DNA of 64,000 nt from Magallana gigas (taxonomy: Eukaryota), in assembly GCF_963853765.1 (NCBI RefSeq), contig NC_088859.1, positions 47,492,001-47,556,000 on the forward strand, in the 5' to 3' direction. The notes beneath the pieces were generated by a model that saw only the letters and a list, made by a program, of their open reading frames with translations, was not told where the DNA came from and searched no databases. The translations under genes were made by a program, and so were the position numbers. This document shows positions 1-12,700 of this stretch, one piece after another (within the stretch, counting starts at the first letter, position 1; each line of letters opens with the position of its first letter).

Positions 1-106
1 ATGACACATTTTCCCAAATTTCCATTCCAAATCAGTTTTTATTATTTGTTAATTTTTCTTCGAAAAATGAGATGACATCATTCTCATCGATGAATAAGTT
101 ATTAAG

Positions 107-615
107 TAGTGATGGGAATCGGTGAGATTTTCATAATCGATAATCGGTTTTCCACAACTAACTAATTATCGATTATAATCGGAGATTTTTATATTTTATA
201 GTGTAGTGCTAAATAATGTAAATAAACAAGATACAATGAACAGACTCATTACTAAGCTGTCATAATTTGATTAAATTAGTATTTCTAGCTATAAAAAATT
301 ATATTCGAAAGATTTTCTTTAGTAGGCATTCCAACATTTATTTTCTTAAAACCAAAATGCGTCCAAATTCGAGAATGTGCTTTATTTCCTGAGTAAGAAT
401 ATGGAGCTCGTCTGACATGTCAGCCATTTGCAGATCGCGCACCTTTTTATGGTTTAGATAATTTGCGTCTTGAATATTTTGTTTATGATAAGCACTTGTT
501 GAAAGAGAAAAAACCTCAACCGATTAATCATTAGGAAACCTTTTATGATCGAGTGCTTAGAATGCGATAACAATCGATCAATTTTCGATTATAATCGATG
601 ATTGGAACATCACTA
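107..615. mobile_element. Non-autonomous hAT-type MITE
   Basis: Termini TAGTGATG...CATCACTA. Perfect 8-bp target-site duplication TTATTAAG at 99-106 and 616-623. Subterminal palindrome CGATTATAATCG near both ends. Confidence 0.85.
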
Positions 616-640
616 TTATTAAGGATACTTTATTTAAGGA

Positions 641-1005
641 ATGAATTCAATATTTATTTGTTTTATACGATATAAAATGGTTTGGGTCAGTTTACGCCTT
701 ACAAACCGCAAAGCGGTTTATAAAAAAGCGTAAACTGTTTCAAACCATTTTATATGATATAAAACTAATAAATATTGAATTCATAAATTGCTTATAATTT
801 ATTTATTTTTTTCTCTTCATTGTAGATAAAAATGGTAATTTGACCTTTAAAATGACGTAAAATTGTACAAGATTCAAACGCAACGTCAGGCGTATTGATA
901 CGTTTTTGATGTAAGTCTTACTATGACGTAGGCAACATTCTTTATACGATATAAAATATTTTTTTAGCCAATCAGAAAGCGTGTTACAACCAGAATTAAA
1001 TTATA
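641..1005. mobile_element. Palindrome-ended non-autonomous element (foldback, possibly Crypton-like)
   Basis: Imperfect inverted repeat at 641-784 with arms of about 70 bp and apex AAACCGC-aaa-GCGGTTT. It is followed by a body ending in AGCCAATCAGAAAGCGTGTTACAACCAGAATTAAATTAT. Superfamily assignment is tentative. Confidence 0.55.
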
Positions 1006-1380
1006 TTGTATTTATGTACTTCTTTGACTGACAGATGTCATTTTAATAAAAATCATCAAAAAATGACGAAAAATGGTTAATTGGTGCAGAGTTTACAGTC
1101 CGTCCCAGGTCACTGTTTCCATCACCTTCTGTTTATTTTTACAAAAATACACATACCTGTCAATGAAGTAGAATTGAAATTAGTGTATACTGTAAGGGAA
1201 AAAATCGAAGTTTGACACTTCACCAGTTTTTACCGAGAGTATTTAACATGAACAAAAATCAGATTTCTTACAGTCTTAATTTTAATGCGAAATCTTTACA
1301 TCTTTTCTCCATTCAGAAATACTCATGACACCTTGCACAAATTTTCAATGTGCAAGTGCAGTGATTGTCATATTATTTTT

Positions 1381-1416
1381 GTCCAGAATGCGATTCTACA
1401 CGTCTTTTCGTCCAAG
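1381..1416 (+). other. Candidate non-coding first exon of ZGRF1
   Basis: Donor TCCAAG|GTAACG at 1416/1417 in a relatively CpG-rich patch. The ZGRF1 ATG exon is preceded by an acceptor (ttttattatacag, AG at 3722-3723), so an upstream UTR exon is expected. The 5' boundary is unknown. Confidence 0.35.
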
Positions 1417-2277
1417 GTAACGTGTTTGAGTGTATGAAATACCTGAATGCGGTGAAGCATAAATAATGCTCTCTGCCTTATATAGGGTAGATGTAGCGAT
1501 GAGTAAAACAATAAAGATCGACAACTAATATGGCGGTAGTCGGAGATAAAAAAGGGAAATCATGCATTTTTATGAATTCAATTCATGTCGGCTTTAAATA
1601 TTTTAAACTTATTGCCTACTGTAAGACAAGCAGAAAAACTATCAGTGCATCATAGGATGAACAACAAGGCCCTTATTTAGATGTTGATAGGGAGAAAGTT
1701 TTATTAAAAAATATTGTAAATTTTCACAAATTCTGTTTTTTAAAAATTTATTCCACTATTGGGCATCGAGTAGGCAAACTGATTACAGTACCCAATTTAA
1801 GGGGATCTGGTTTTAGGATGTGTCTTGACTGAAGGAAAAAGTCTTGTAATTTTCATTGGTTATTTTATGAAGATAATTCTGTGTCAATGGAATTTAATTT
1901 GAGTATTTTATAAATAACAACTTGTGTGTTACATGTATTAATTAGCCATCCCTTCTCTCCTCCCCCAACCCCCATTTTTTGACACAACTTTGTATGCACT
2001 ATGGTACAAAGGTGACAATTGTTATTTCTATGCTTTAATTAAACAGTAAAGTCAGTTTCTATTAATTATAGAGCTGAACAGTCTTAAAACGAATGTAAAA
2101 AAAGTTAAGGTAACTCTTAAACTGCATCCATCCAGACAGCTATTCACTGTACATGTACCTTTATTTTAGAAAGTAATCCCAAATTGCAATTACTGATAAT
2201 CATATATGGATTTTACAAAAGTATAATTATACACATTCTTTCCTTCATGTTTCTTTTTTTTAAATGGCTTTCATAAT

Positions 2278-3519
2278 TCATTTCTTCACCCCAGATTGGC
2301 TGTTGTGTGAATCAGAACTTGTCCTCTTACATAAAGCAGCCTGACATTTCATCAGCAGTCTCTTTACAGCAGCTCTATATGGGCGATCTGTCATGGTATA
2401 AATAAAAGGATTCACTAGAGAGTTCAGATTATAGACAACAGCTAAAATGTCCTCATAGATCCAGGGAGCTACACAGTGACAGAAAATGTCGGATACTGTG
2501 GCAATCCAATAGGGGGCACACATAAACAAAAAGAAAACAATGCTTGTCACTACTGTTCCAAGTGGTTTACAGAATCTTGTCCTCTTTTTCAGATTGTCAG
2601 ATCTGATGGAAGCATCTGATGACCTGCAGCCATTGTTATGTTGTTTAGGTTGAAGATGTCCAGCATGTAAATTCTCAAGTGTCTGAGGTTGATGTGTCTC
2701 CAACTCGACGAATGTTGCTGTGTCAATGACTGGAGGAACGGGATAGCAGCGAGAAATTTTCCTCAGGTGAAGGTGAGCAATACAGTAGATTCTAACCCCT
2801 GTGTATGTCAGAATGGTGAATGGTATGACAAAGGCCACACAGGCAGTGACTCCATTGTAGATATCCTCCATGATGAAGATACAGGGGTCTGAAAACAGAG
2901 ATTTGGATTGACTGTCCAGAGCAATGCCTCCATACATGGATATGAAGCCAAACAAGATCCAGACGATCCAGACAATTGCTACGAGTAGGCAGGATCTGAC
3001 TACAGTTATCTTTCTGTGATATATAAATGGTTGAGTGATGTAGATGTACTTATCTACAGCTATAAGTACCAGGCTGTATGTGGAGATGTCACTAAATGCT
3101 ATGTCTAGAGCTGTCACAATGTCACAGGAAACCCCATTGAATGGCCACTCACCAAAGTACTCCCATATTATGTAAATTGGCATTATAACCACACCAATCA
3201 GAAAATCCACAACAGCCAGGCTAAACACAAAGATGTAGTAGGATGACTGTCGTAAAATAGGATTGGTTGCTATGGTACATATTGATAAAAGGTTCGCTAT
3301 CACCATGACAACTGTCAGAAAGCACAAAATGATGATTCCTGCCACTCTGTAGGGGGGTAAGTCCAGCGGGGGATTTGAGTGTTCATGAGCTAGGATATAG
3401 TTATTGGCGTGGACTTTGATGAGTAAGTCGCTGTTGTTAGTTTGTGAAGCTGCAGAATCATGACTTAGACGACTTAACCTTAGCCATGCCTGAAGGGATG
3501 TTTGCCATTTTCCAAGCAT
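2278..3519 (-). CDS. Class A (rhodopsin-family) GPCR, biogenic-amine-receptor-like orphan, single coding exon
   Basis: Seven hydrophobic helices. TM1 ANLL, TM2 SLAVVD, ECL1 WPF...C, TM3 D3.32 (ALD), DKY in place of DRY, TM7 NSLVNPFIY, helix 8 YRAAVKRLL. First ATG at 3519 (the ORF track starts at a TTG). Confidence 0.9.
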   Translation of the reverse strand: MLGKWQTSLQAWLRLSRLSHDSAASQTNNSDLLIKVHANNYILAHEHSNPPLDLPPYRVAGIIILCFLTVVMVIANLLSICTIATNPILRQSSYYIFVFSLAVVDFLIGVVIMPIYIIWEYFGEWPFNGVSCDIVTALDIAFSDISTYSLVLIAVDKYIYITQPFIYHRKITVVRSCLLVAIVWIVWILFGFISMYGGIALDSQSKSLFSDPCIFIMEDIYNGVTACVAFVIPFTILTYTGVRIYCIAHLHLRKISRCYPVPPVIDTATFVELETHQPQTLENLHAGHLQPKQHNNGCRSSDASIRSDNLKKRTRFCKPLGTVVTSIVFFLFMCAPYWIATVSDIFCHCVAPWIYEDILAVVYNLNSLVNPFIYTMTDRPYRAAVKRLLMKCQAALCKRTSSDSHNSQSGVKK

Positions 3520-3761
3520 CTTCCTGATTAAAAAATGAGACAAAAGAAACTGTAAAAATTATTAATAATAATTTCCAAATGGTAAAACTATGACAGAAGA
3601 TAATAAATTCAAATGTATTATTAGTGTAGTTTTTATTTTTAAGAATCAGAAATATACAACCCTTGATATAGATTAAGTTATCTTTTTAAAAATTTCATTG
3701 ATGTTCATACTTTTATTATACAGTATACAAGACATATGAAGCAATTGTGACTGCAGCTGTC

Positions 3762-6700
3762 ATGACAGAGAAAAACTTTGTGGTATGGTTGTTCTCCTTG
3801 AAGTCTATTACTGTATTTTCAATTAACTTGGAATCAGGAAATTCCTGATAATTTTGTTAATAAAACTTGTTTCATTTGGAAAGATTGGTACCTTATATAA
3901 GCAGATATTCAATACAAAGTGAGCATAATAGCTTATTAAAAATTGCTTTAGCAAAATTTTACAACAAGCAAAAATTTCCAAATCTACATAAATTAAGATA
4001 GTTTATTGATATCCAAATTTTTCCACAGTTTTTGTATAGTTTTTTTTGATTAATCTAAGATGGGATTAAATTCAATTTTTGTAAATTTTCAGGTGTTGTA
4101 CACAAACCAAAAAACTAAGAAGGCAAAAACATGGCATGATGGAAGTCTAAAATTTTCTGGCGGTGGAACTAAGGTAGGAATAGCCCAAAATGATGATTGG
4201 TGGAATGGTAAATGGGCAAGAATTTTTATTTAACAAATATGTTCTATAAATATATTATAGACAAATCAATTGGTTTTGTGGAAATTTTAACAGAAGTTAT
4301 AGATTGTATAATGAATTAGTGGAACTTAAGGAGGATTCAGAAAAAGATCTATTTATAATTGTTAAAAAAATGGAGCTAAGGTGAGCATGATCATGATTCT
4401 TAAAACACTGGAGCTAAGGTAAGCATGATCACGATTGTTACATTGGAAATAAGGTATGCATGATCACGATTGCTACATTGGAAATAAGGTATGCATGATC
4501 ATGATTGCTACATTGGAAATAAGGTATGCATGATCATGATTACTACAATAGAGCTTAGATATGCATATTGAAAATTGATGGAGCAGAAAGGCCTTGGATG
4601 AACATGATCAAGATTTATGGAATGGTGTAACATAGGAGAGCATGATCATGGTTGTTAGAACAATGAAGGTTATGATCATGATTGTTAGAACAATGAGGGT
4701 GATCATGATTGTTAGAACAATGAGGGTGATCATGATCATGATTGTTAGAACAATGAAGCTAAGGTGAGTATGATCATGATTGTTGAACAGTGAAGGTGAG
4801 CATGGTCATGTTTGATACAGTATACAGGGAAATATTCGCCCCCGTTTTATTTTCGCCCCTTTCGCCCTCGTTGTCAGCGGGTGAATTTAAGATTGGGCGA
4901 ATTATGATGTCTTCAATTATTTCTGTTCAAACACAACTGTGTCTTGGCGAATTCAATACAGGGCGAAACTGCTTGCAATTCTAGAGGGGCAAAAATTACA
5001 TGGGACGAAAATAACCCTGTATACAGTAATGAAGTGAAGCTTAGGTGAGCATGGTGATTGCTGAAACTGGAGATGCAATCTTAGCATCATGAGAATGTAT
5101 GGAACACTTAATTAATGCATATCAGATTCAGAATGATACATGGAGCAAATTATCCAACATATACTTCTTAAAATACTTCTCAAAGTTTATAATTGAAGTA
5201 AATTATTCTTTGATCTGAATAAATGAAAAAATTGTTTTAAAAAAAGACAAAAAACAAAATATCTACAACGAAGTGAATGATATGGTGTCTGATCAGATGA
5301 GAATTTTATGTAACCTACCTTTTGGTCAGTCTACACAGCAGTGAACAAATGACTTATCACAATCAGTGCTGGGTGCACTGTCAATATAAGGTGGACACAG
5401 CCATGCTAAAGGTGCAGGGCAAACAATCAAGGTTTATAACTCTGAAGTCTCAACAAACATCAAAACAGAAACAAGTAGGATTTTATAAGCTGCCTTGATG
5501 TCCCAAAAATAGAACCATAAAACCAACACATTTACTGATTGCCAGCACATCAGTCCACTCTGGAGGATTTACTGCTCAATCTACAGAGGCTCCCTATTCA
5601 AGTGACAGTCAGAGAGAATCAAGCAGATCTTGTTCTTTCCTCATAGGATTTATTTAATCTATAGAAATAAATTCATAAAGGAAGTCTGTGTTAGTTTGAT
5701 ATTTTAATAAGATATTCTACATAATTTCTTTTTTAAAGATATTCAATTCTTATTGTTGGCTTCATAAAATTGAATTTATTCTCATTGAAATACAACATGG
5801 TTAAGACAATGAAATTGTTTGCTTTTACAGCTTGCCCTAAAATAAAAACATCACCTGAAGTGGGTTTACTACAGTTTAAAAGTACATTTTACAATAGATT
5901 TCATCAAGTGTTACTTTTTATAAAGGGAAATAAGACTGTAAAGTTCTTTATTCTCAGATTTGTAGTCCTCCAATTATTGCTCTTTAACTTTGGGATTTAA
6001 AAAAAAAATGAAATCATTAGATAATACAAAGGATTAATTGGTATAATGGTGGTTTTTTTCTTCTTTTTTAAAGAATTTAATCAGATTTATGTGAAAATAA
6101 AATTCTTGTTATGTGAAATACTTCTTTGATTACTAACTACCGGTAATGTGATCGTAAATAGTGATAACTTTCCTATTCCACTGAAACTTTTTGATAACAT
6201 TAGACCCTTTTGTTGACTAGGGTGTCCTTTATGATGACAAGAAATTCCGCATCGATACAATTCATGTTCGCCCGGAGGATGTTGGGATTGGAGAACAACT
6301 TGAGAGTGACAGGCATTACATCCTGATAGAGGAGGAGTCAAAAATTGGAGCAACCAATCAGAATGAAGAAGCTCAGAGTGAAGCAATTGTTCGGCCAATC
6401 AGAACTGAGAGTTTGAAGCCCCAGATTAGGACAGGTCTAAAGAGGAGACGTGGAGTAAGCTTTTAATGTAAAACCAATATAAATCAGTGAATGTTCCTAA
6501 AGGTATAACATCCCATCAATACAGTCAAGTTATAGTTTGCTTTTCTTAGATATGTTTAAAGTTGCTGAAATATATCATGAATTCTTATTGGAATGCACAT
6601 ATGTAACTATCAAAATTGGGGGTTCAAAGTTAAGGAATAAGTAATAAATTTCAGAGTTACTGTCAGTAAGTTGTTTTAACTTCAACAGGCTTAAATTTAA

Positions 6701-9700
6701 TGGTTTATTAACAAGTACCAATCGCAATGGCTTTGATTTCATGCCATATGAAAATCTACGTTAATATGACAGTTAGATAATGATAAATAATAAAAATTAT
6801 TTATTTAGTTGACAAAGATAAGCATTTAGTATAATGCATTGAGTGTATAATATGCAGATATGTAGAAACGATACACATGCAGAACTATTTTACATATCGA
6901 TAGATATATATGACTTGTCTAACAATGACTATGAACTAATCTACTCTATTCTGTGTATACACATTTCACTCAATGTCAATCATTTGGCTGTTAATCTACC
7001 TGCAGTTTTTTTTGGTTTGTACTTCTGAAGGTAGTTTGATCCCAGTTTTTCTTTCAAGTTAAGTGTTAAATTGCTGTCCTTGAAAGGTTATTTATAAACC
7101 AGGTACTTCTCGGGTTGTATAAAGTCGTAAACATTGATTACAGGGGTTCGTCCCTCCTCGAATGATTGCACCGAGAGACCCGGAACCTCTCCAACAGAAA
7201 ACCATTGACCACAGCAGCTGGTCAGAGAGCAGAGACTGCCCGGGCTCACACGACACTCCACAGCATGTAGCATCATTTCAACAGAGATATAATATATTAA
7301 ACCAATGCACTTCTGAAAGAAGTTTATCGATGTCCAGTAATTCTGATCTGATGAGGAAAGCCTCATCATTTTCAGAAAATGTGTTGCAAAAAACTCCTGA
7401 CAGAAACATTTATAACAATTCATCCTCCCCTGTGATTGGTCAGACAAACAATAAGCCCATGGCATCCTCTCCATGGAGTACATTTGGTTCTTCCCAATCA
7501 CCAGCTAGCTCAAAGTTAAAGTCATGCCAAGATTCAAATACATTGGAACTGAAAAATGCAGAAGTGAGAAGTGCCCCTTTTTGTGAAGATACTCGAGCAC
7601 CACCTGTAGATGACTCAAACTGTAGAATACCAGAAATCATGGTACCCAAAACTTCACAAAGCAAGAGAAGTAGTACACAAATTTTAGCACTTTTAACAAA
7701 GACAGTTAATAAACCTAACAATAGAAAAATTAGCCCATGTAAAAGCCAACTGCAAATGTCAACTCCTTCCTTCCTGTCAGGCAAGCCTGATGATGTCAAG
7801 GGTGAACCCAGACAATCATTTAAGGATAAGGCCCCTGCAGTTAGCTCGGAGTCTGTGCAGAAAGGGAAAGAGAAACATTGCCATCAGTGGAATAATGTGC
7901 AGGATGACTCTTTGAGTCAGATATCAGATTTAGTTCAGTCTGATTTAACAAATTCCTCACTGGTATCTGATCACAACACTTACTCATTTAGAGCCGATTC
8001 AAAAAATCAGCCAGATGACAGTCATTATGACTTGATATCCACGCCAACAATGGAAATCTGTAGAGCATCAGAAAGTGAGATGGAAGGTGAAGTAGTGTGT
8101 AATTCTGAATACATTGGAATACATGTAGTTGAACCTCAACATAATGAAACAAATGAACTTCAACATAGTGGAATATGTGAATCTCAGAATAGTGAAATAA
8201 ATGTTTTTCAAGATAATGGAACATGTGAACCCCAACATAGTGAAACAAATGAACCTCAACATAGTGACATTAATGAACCTCATCATATAGGAATGAATGA
8301 ACCTCGACATAGTGGTGTATGTGAACCTCAGCATAGTGAAATGAATAAATCTTCACATAGTGGAATATGTGAACCTGAAACTCTACATAATAAAAAGATA
8401 GAAATTCAGTGCACCAGAATAAATAAAGCTGAACAGAATAGTATGGAGAAATCTCCTGAACATAAAGAAGTGTGTGAACATGATGATCTTTCTCCCTGCA
8501 CAGTGAATGAGAACACTGAAAATAGTAGTTCAGTTGCTTCCTCCAAACTTGATATTGTTGAGGACGAGAATGAGATGGCATGCTTTGGAGGAGCTTCATT
8601 TTCCATATCTTTTTCACCATTGTCAGTGATACCATCAGAGTCTGATAGTGACCTTGACATGGAAGACCAACAGACAAATCAGAGTCAGGAATATCAGGGA
8701 AACAAAGACTGTTCTATCACGTCTATTGTTGGAGAAAGTCATGAATGTGTTGATGTTGATTCATCTGTCCTTTGTACAGTTGGAAAAAATCATGAGCATG
8801 TTGATGTTGGTTCTTCTGCCCCCTCTGGACTTCTTGAATGTGTCGATGTTGATTCATGTGCAGACCAAAGTAGGGAGGTCAATAATCATTCTGTGACAAA
8901 AAAGTCTGTAGAAAATGAACCAGTTTTAAGCCAAAAAGAATTAGAATTTCAAGAAGGTACCAGTTTTATCAAGGAAACAACTCAAATCAATTCAGACACA
9001 TCGCTCAAAGACAGTATTAACTCCATAGTAAAAACTGCAGACAATGGTGAAAAAGAGAAGAAGGGTGTCATATGTATTCATGGATCTGATTTAGGTGAAC
9101 AGCTTAATACAAGCATAAGTTATGAGAATATGGACGAATTTCAATGTGAAAATAGAGCAGAAGAAGATGATACACAGAGTACAGGGGTGAATTATGTTAC
9201 AGACAACCAAACAAACAATGAAGGTTTCTCACAGAAATCTCTAGGATGTCTCCAGCTAAGTCCTGATTCTACCAGAAATTTTAGCTATTGTTCACCAACT
9301 AGAACTCCAGTAGAGAACAGTCTGATGAAATTTAACAGGTCGGCAGATGTGCTTCCAGAAAGAAACAACTTGCCAGTGTTTGAAACCAGTTGGTCTGATG
9401 ATAGTTCTTTGTTTGATACATCTCCAGTGGGGCTGACAAACCTCTCCCTGCCTAATGATAAACCAAGCTTTCATGTTTCTAACATTTCTAGATTTAGTAC
9501 AGAATGTGATTCACAGTACAGTTCTCTCCAAAAAGGAGAGAATATTGAAGGCAAATATTCTGATCCACTGAGATCTGACTGTGATGCAGACCCATGGAGG
9601 CTCCTAGAGAACAAGTACCGGTACAAGATGGAGAATGTGGAAGATCAAAGGCCCATCAACAAGAACAAAGTCACCAGTTTACCACACAGGACAACCAATG

Positions 9701-12700
9701 ACAGATACAGGAGTGGAGCTTTACCACGGACAGAACCAGTTTACAGTAAATATTCTTTTATACTTATCCATTTCTTTTTCTACTTCTCGAGTTTTTCATT
9801 GATTTGAATTTATACCAGACTCTTTTAACAAGCCTCTATACAGCTGTTATGCTTCTTTGAGTTAGAGAATTTTGTAGTACATGTATTATGGCAAAACAAA
9901 TTAAGGCTTCAGTTGATTTTTATAATTTTTACTGACTCCAGTTAGGACAAATCAAAAGGAAATGGAAGAGATGAAGTGACTGGAATGAAATTGTAGACTG
10001 TTTATTTGATAGATAGTTATCCTATTTTTCAGGTCTTTCAAGTCTTCCACATCCCTCACAACTGATTAAGGATCCACAAGAACTCAGACATAAAAATAAA
10101 GACCTCTCACAAAAGGTTATGGTCACATCAATCTTTCATGTGCAGGAACTGTCAACCATTAAATGACAACAATTGTTCCCAATTACTGGCTTTTGAATTC
10201 ATTTATATATTGCAAACCATTAATTTTAATTCATATGCAGAGTTTATTGGTGACAAATAGTTAGTTGTGCCAAATAGCTGTCACAAATTGTTCTAATGTT
10301 ACATGTACAAATGAAAGTTATTTATTGTATGCTATATGTACATGTAGATAAAGTAACAAAATTTTATTTTCTACACCATTTCAACTGTTAAGCAATCGAA
10401 AAGAAACATTTTGAAAATTTATTTGTTGTCTAATTTTTAAAGATTAATGAGAAGATGGAGTCATACAAAATGAGAGGAAGTGTGACAGGTATGGTTGCTA
10501 AGAGACAAAAAGGTCCGCTTTCTCAGAGGCCTGGCGTGTGCAATAACTTTGCACCAAACATTACTTTCAGTCAAGTGCGGCGGAATTCCCAGAGAAGGAC
10601 AACACAAGGAGAATTAAAAGGTTAATTATTCTGAGGATTATTGTTAATTATCTGTGGTCAGCTTCAATAATTTATTTTAAGGTAGTACAAAACAGATAAG
10701 CTAAATTTTTCCTATCATTCAATTTTTCTGAAATTTTTATATTTTTTTCTTTGGAATGAAATCGTTTAATACGTAAAATTTGAAAAAAATCCGACCTCAC
10801 AATTTTTGCCCACATCGCCCATAACCTACCATTGGAATCTTCATTCAGTGTAGTGTAAAATGAGATAGTCATTGTTATAATTGTCTATGCCATTAAGTTA
10901 TTTTTCAAGATATTACAAATATTTGTGCTGCTATTTAAGCAGGAAACCTTCTTGTTACTTAAAAATACTGAAATAAATTCCAACTGGTAACTTAAGAAAA
11001 TTTCTCATGCAATATAATGTAAATCTAGTGCTTGTGAATCCTCTTTTAAGACGAAAATTGCAGCACTTAACGGTATCTAAAAAGATAATGTATAATTCAA
11101 ATTTGATTCAAATTTAACATTATGATTGGCATGACCCTGTAATAAAAATATATCAAAATAAAGAAAATTTAACCATTGGTTTTAGAATAATTAAGGTTTA
11201 AGTATGTTTGACCGAGGTATAAATTGATAAAAATTCTAGATGACGTCATCATATTTGACCTTTGACCTGTTGATATGACCTTAAAATTTGTTTGACATAA
11301 AGCTTAAATACTGGTGGTGGTTGTGTCCAAATTTCAGGTCTTTACTTTTAAAAGAACACAAGTTACGCATTTTTAAATGATATAAGGCTAAATTGCACAA
11401 AAATCATATGAACACCCTCCAAATGTATGTTTCAAAATATTCGAAATACGTTGTATCCTATATTTATTTGGCCTTGAGTTATTGATGGGTATGATTTATA
11501 TTTTTTTTCTAAAGATAATGGACTGAAATTAATTTTTACATAATATTAGGTCATTATTTTGTATATTTGAGAAAATATTTCAAATAATTATTTTCAGGGG
11601 TGTTTCGTACTACCTTAATACATGTTATAATTACGTTGCTTGTCTTGTATGAATTGCAAGATCAAAGTTGACAAGAATATAAATAGTTGTATTGTTTTAC
11701 GTAGAGGAAAGTTTCGATGGAGATTGGCTGGATGACTTGCATAGGGAACACAAAGGTTCTGAAGAGGTATGCAGAATGCTTGTATGATTTGAGGAAATTC
11801 TCAATTTTAAGTCATTTTTAAAGGCTTTAAAACCTAACAATATTCTTCTCCCTTGCCAGCACACTGCAGAGGTTATGTCCATGAAAAGGAACCAGGGAAA
11901 TGAAAGAAATTTCAGGGTGGGAATGAGTCCTTGCAATAGAGGAGCTATTTCAGGACCGAGTGACCCTCAGAGGACCATCCAACACTGTAGTCACAACTCC
12001 TTACTGGAAACTGAGGACCAGATTCTGACCAACATGAGCAAAAATAACAGTTCATCAAGGGCAGTGACAGGTTTCCACTCACAGGACGAGGATATTTGTA
12101 AAGACAGTGCATATGGACAGCCCAGAAAGATGTGTGACTCATCTCCTGATGTAGACTTTAATGACTCAGTGAAAGGCCACAAGATTGCCTTGAGGAGCCA
12201 GCCATTTGAGGACCAGTTCCTGATTTCTGGTTCCATACCTCCAGAGATTTCATTGGTCACAAGTGACTCAGTTCAGAATCAAGGGACAGCATCAGATAAT
12301 TTACATGTAGGCAGTGCCATTTCAACTGTTTCAAAGTGGGGGCAGTATATGCCAGTAGAAGATGAGAATGACCACGATATCTTTGATTGTTCCTATGACT
12401 TTAATTCCTCTCTTCTACATAAACCTAACAATGCTTCTCTGTCAGACTGTGACCAAAACAATTATAACCAAATCCAACACAAAAACTCTCTCAGAAATGC
12501 TGGAAAGTTTACACCCAAACAGACAATTAATACCAGCGCAGAAAACAATGTGACAGGTACTTCAGAAAGAGCAAGGCATTCTTTTAAAGTCACTTCACAT
12601 CTGCCCAATGTGGTTAATGGTGAGAATGTTCATTTGGACAGCCAAGAAAGTAATGGCGTATATCTTCCAAATATGGAATATTTTGGGAATACAGATAAAG

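Noticed and set aside
1019-1380. 5' exons of a further minus-strand gene leaving the window
   Set aside because: Splice-like sites exist (donors at about 1157 and 1329, acceptor at about 1191), but one implied intron is too short and no recognisable peptide results.
7088-8896. Several overlapping antisense and alternate-frame ORFs
   Set aside because: They are shadows of ZGRF1 exon 4 and its 24-bp repeat, with no independent motifs.
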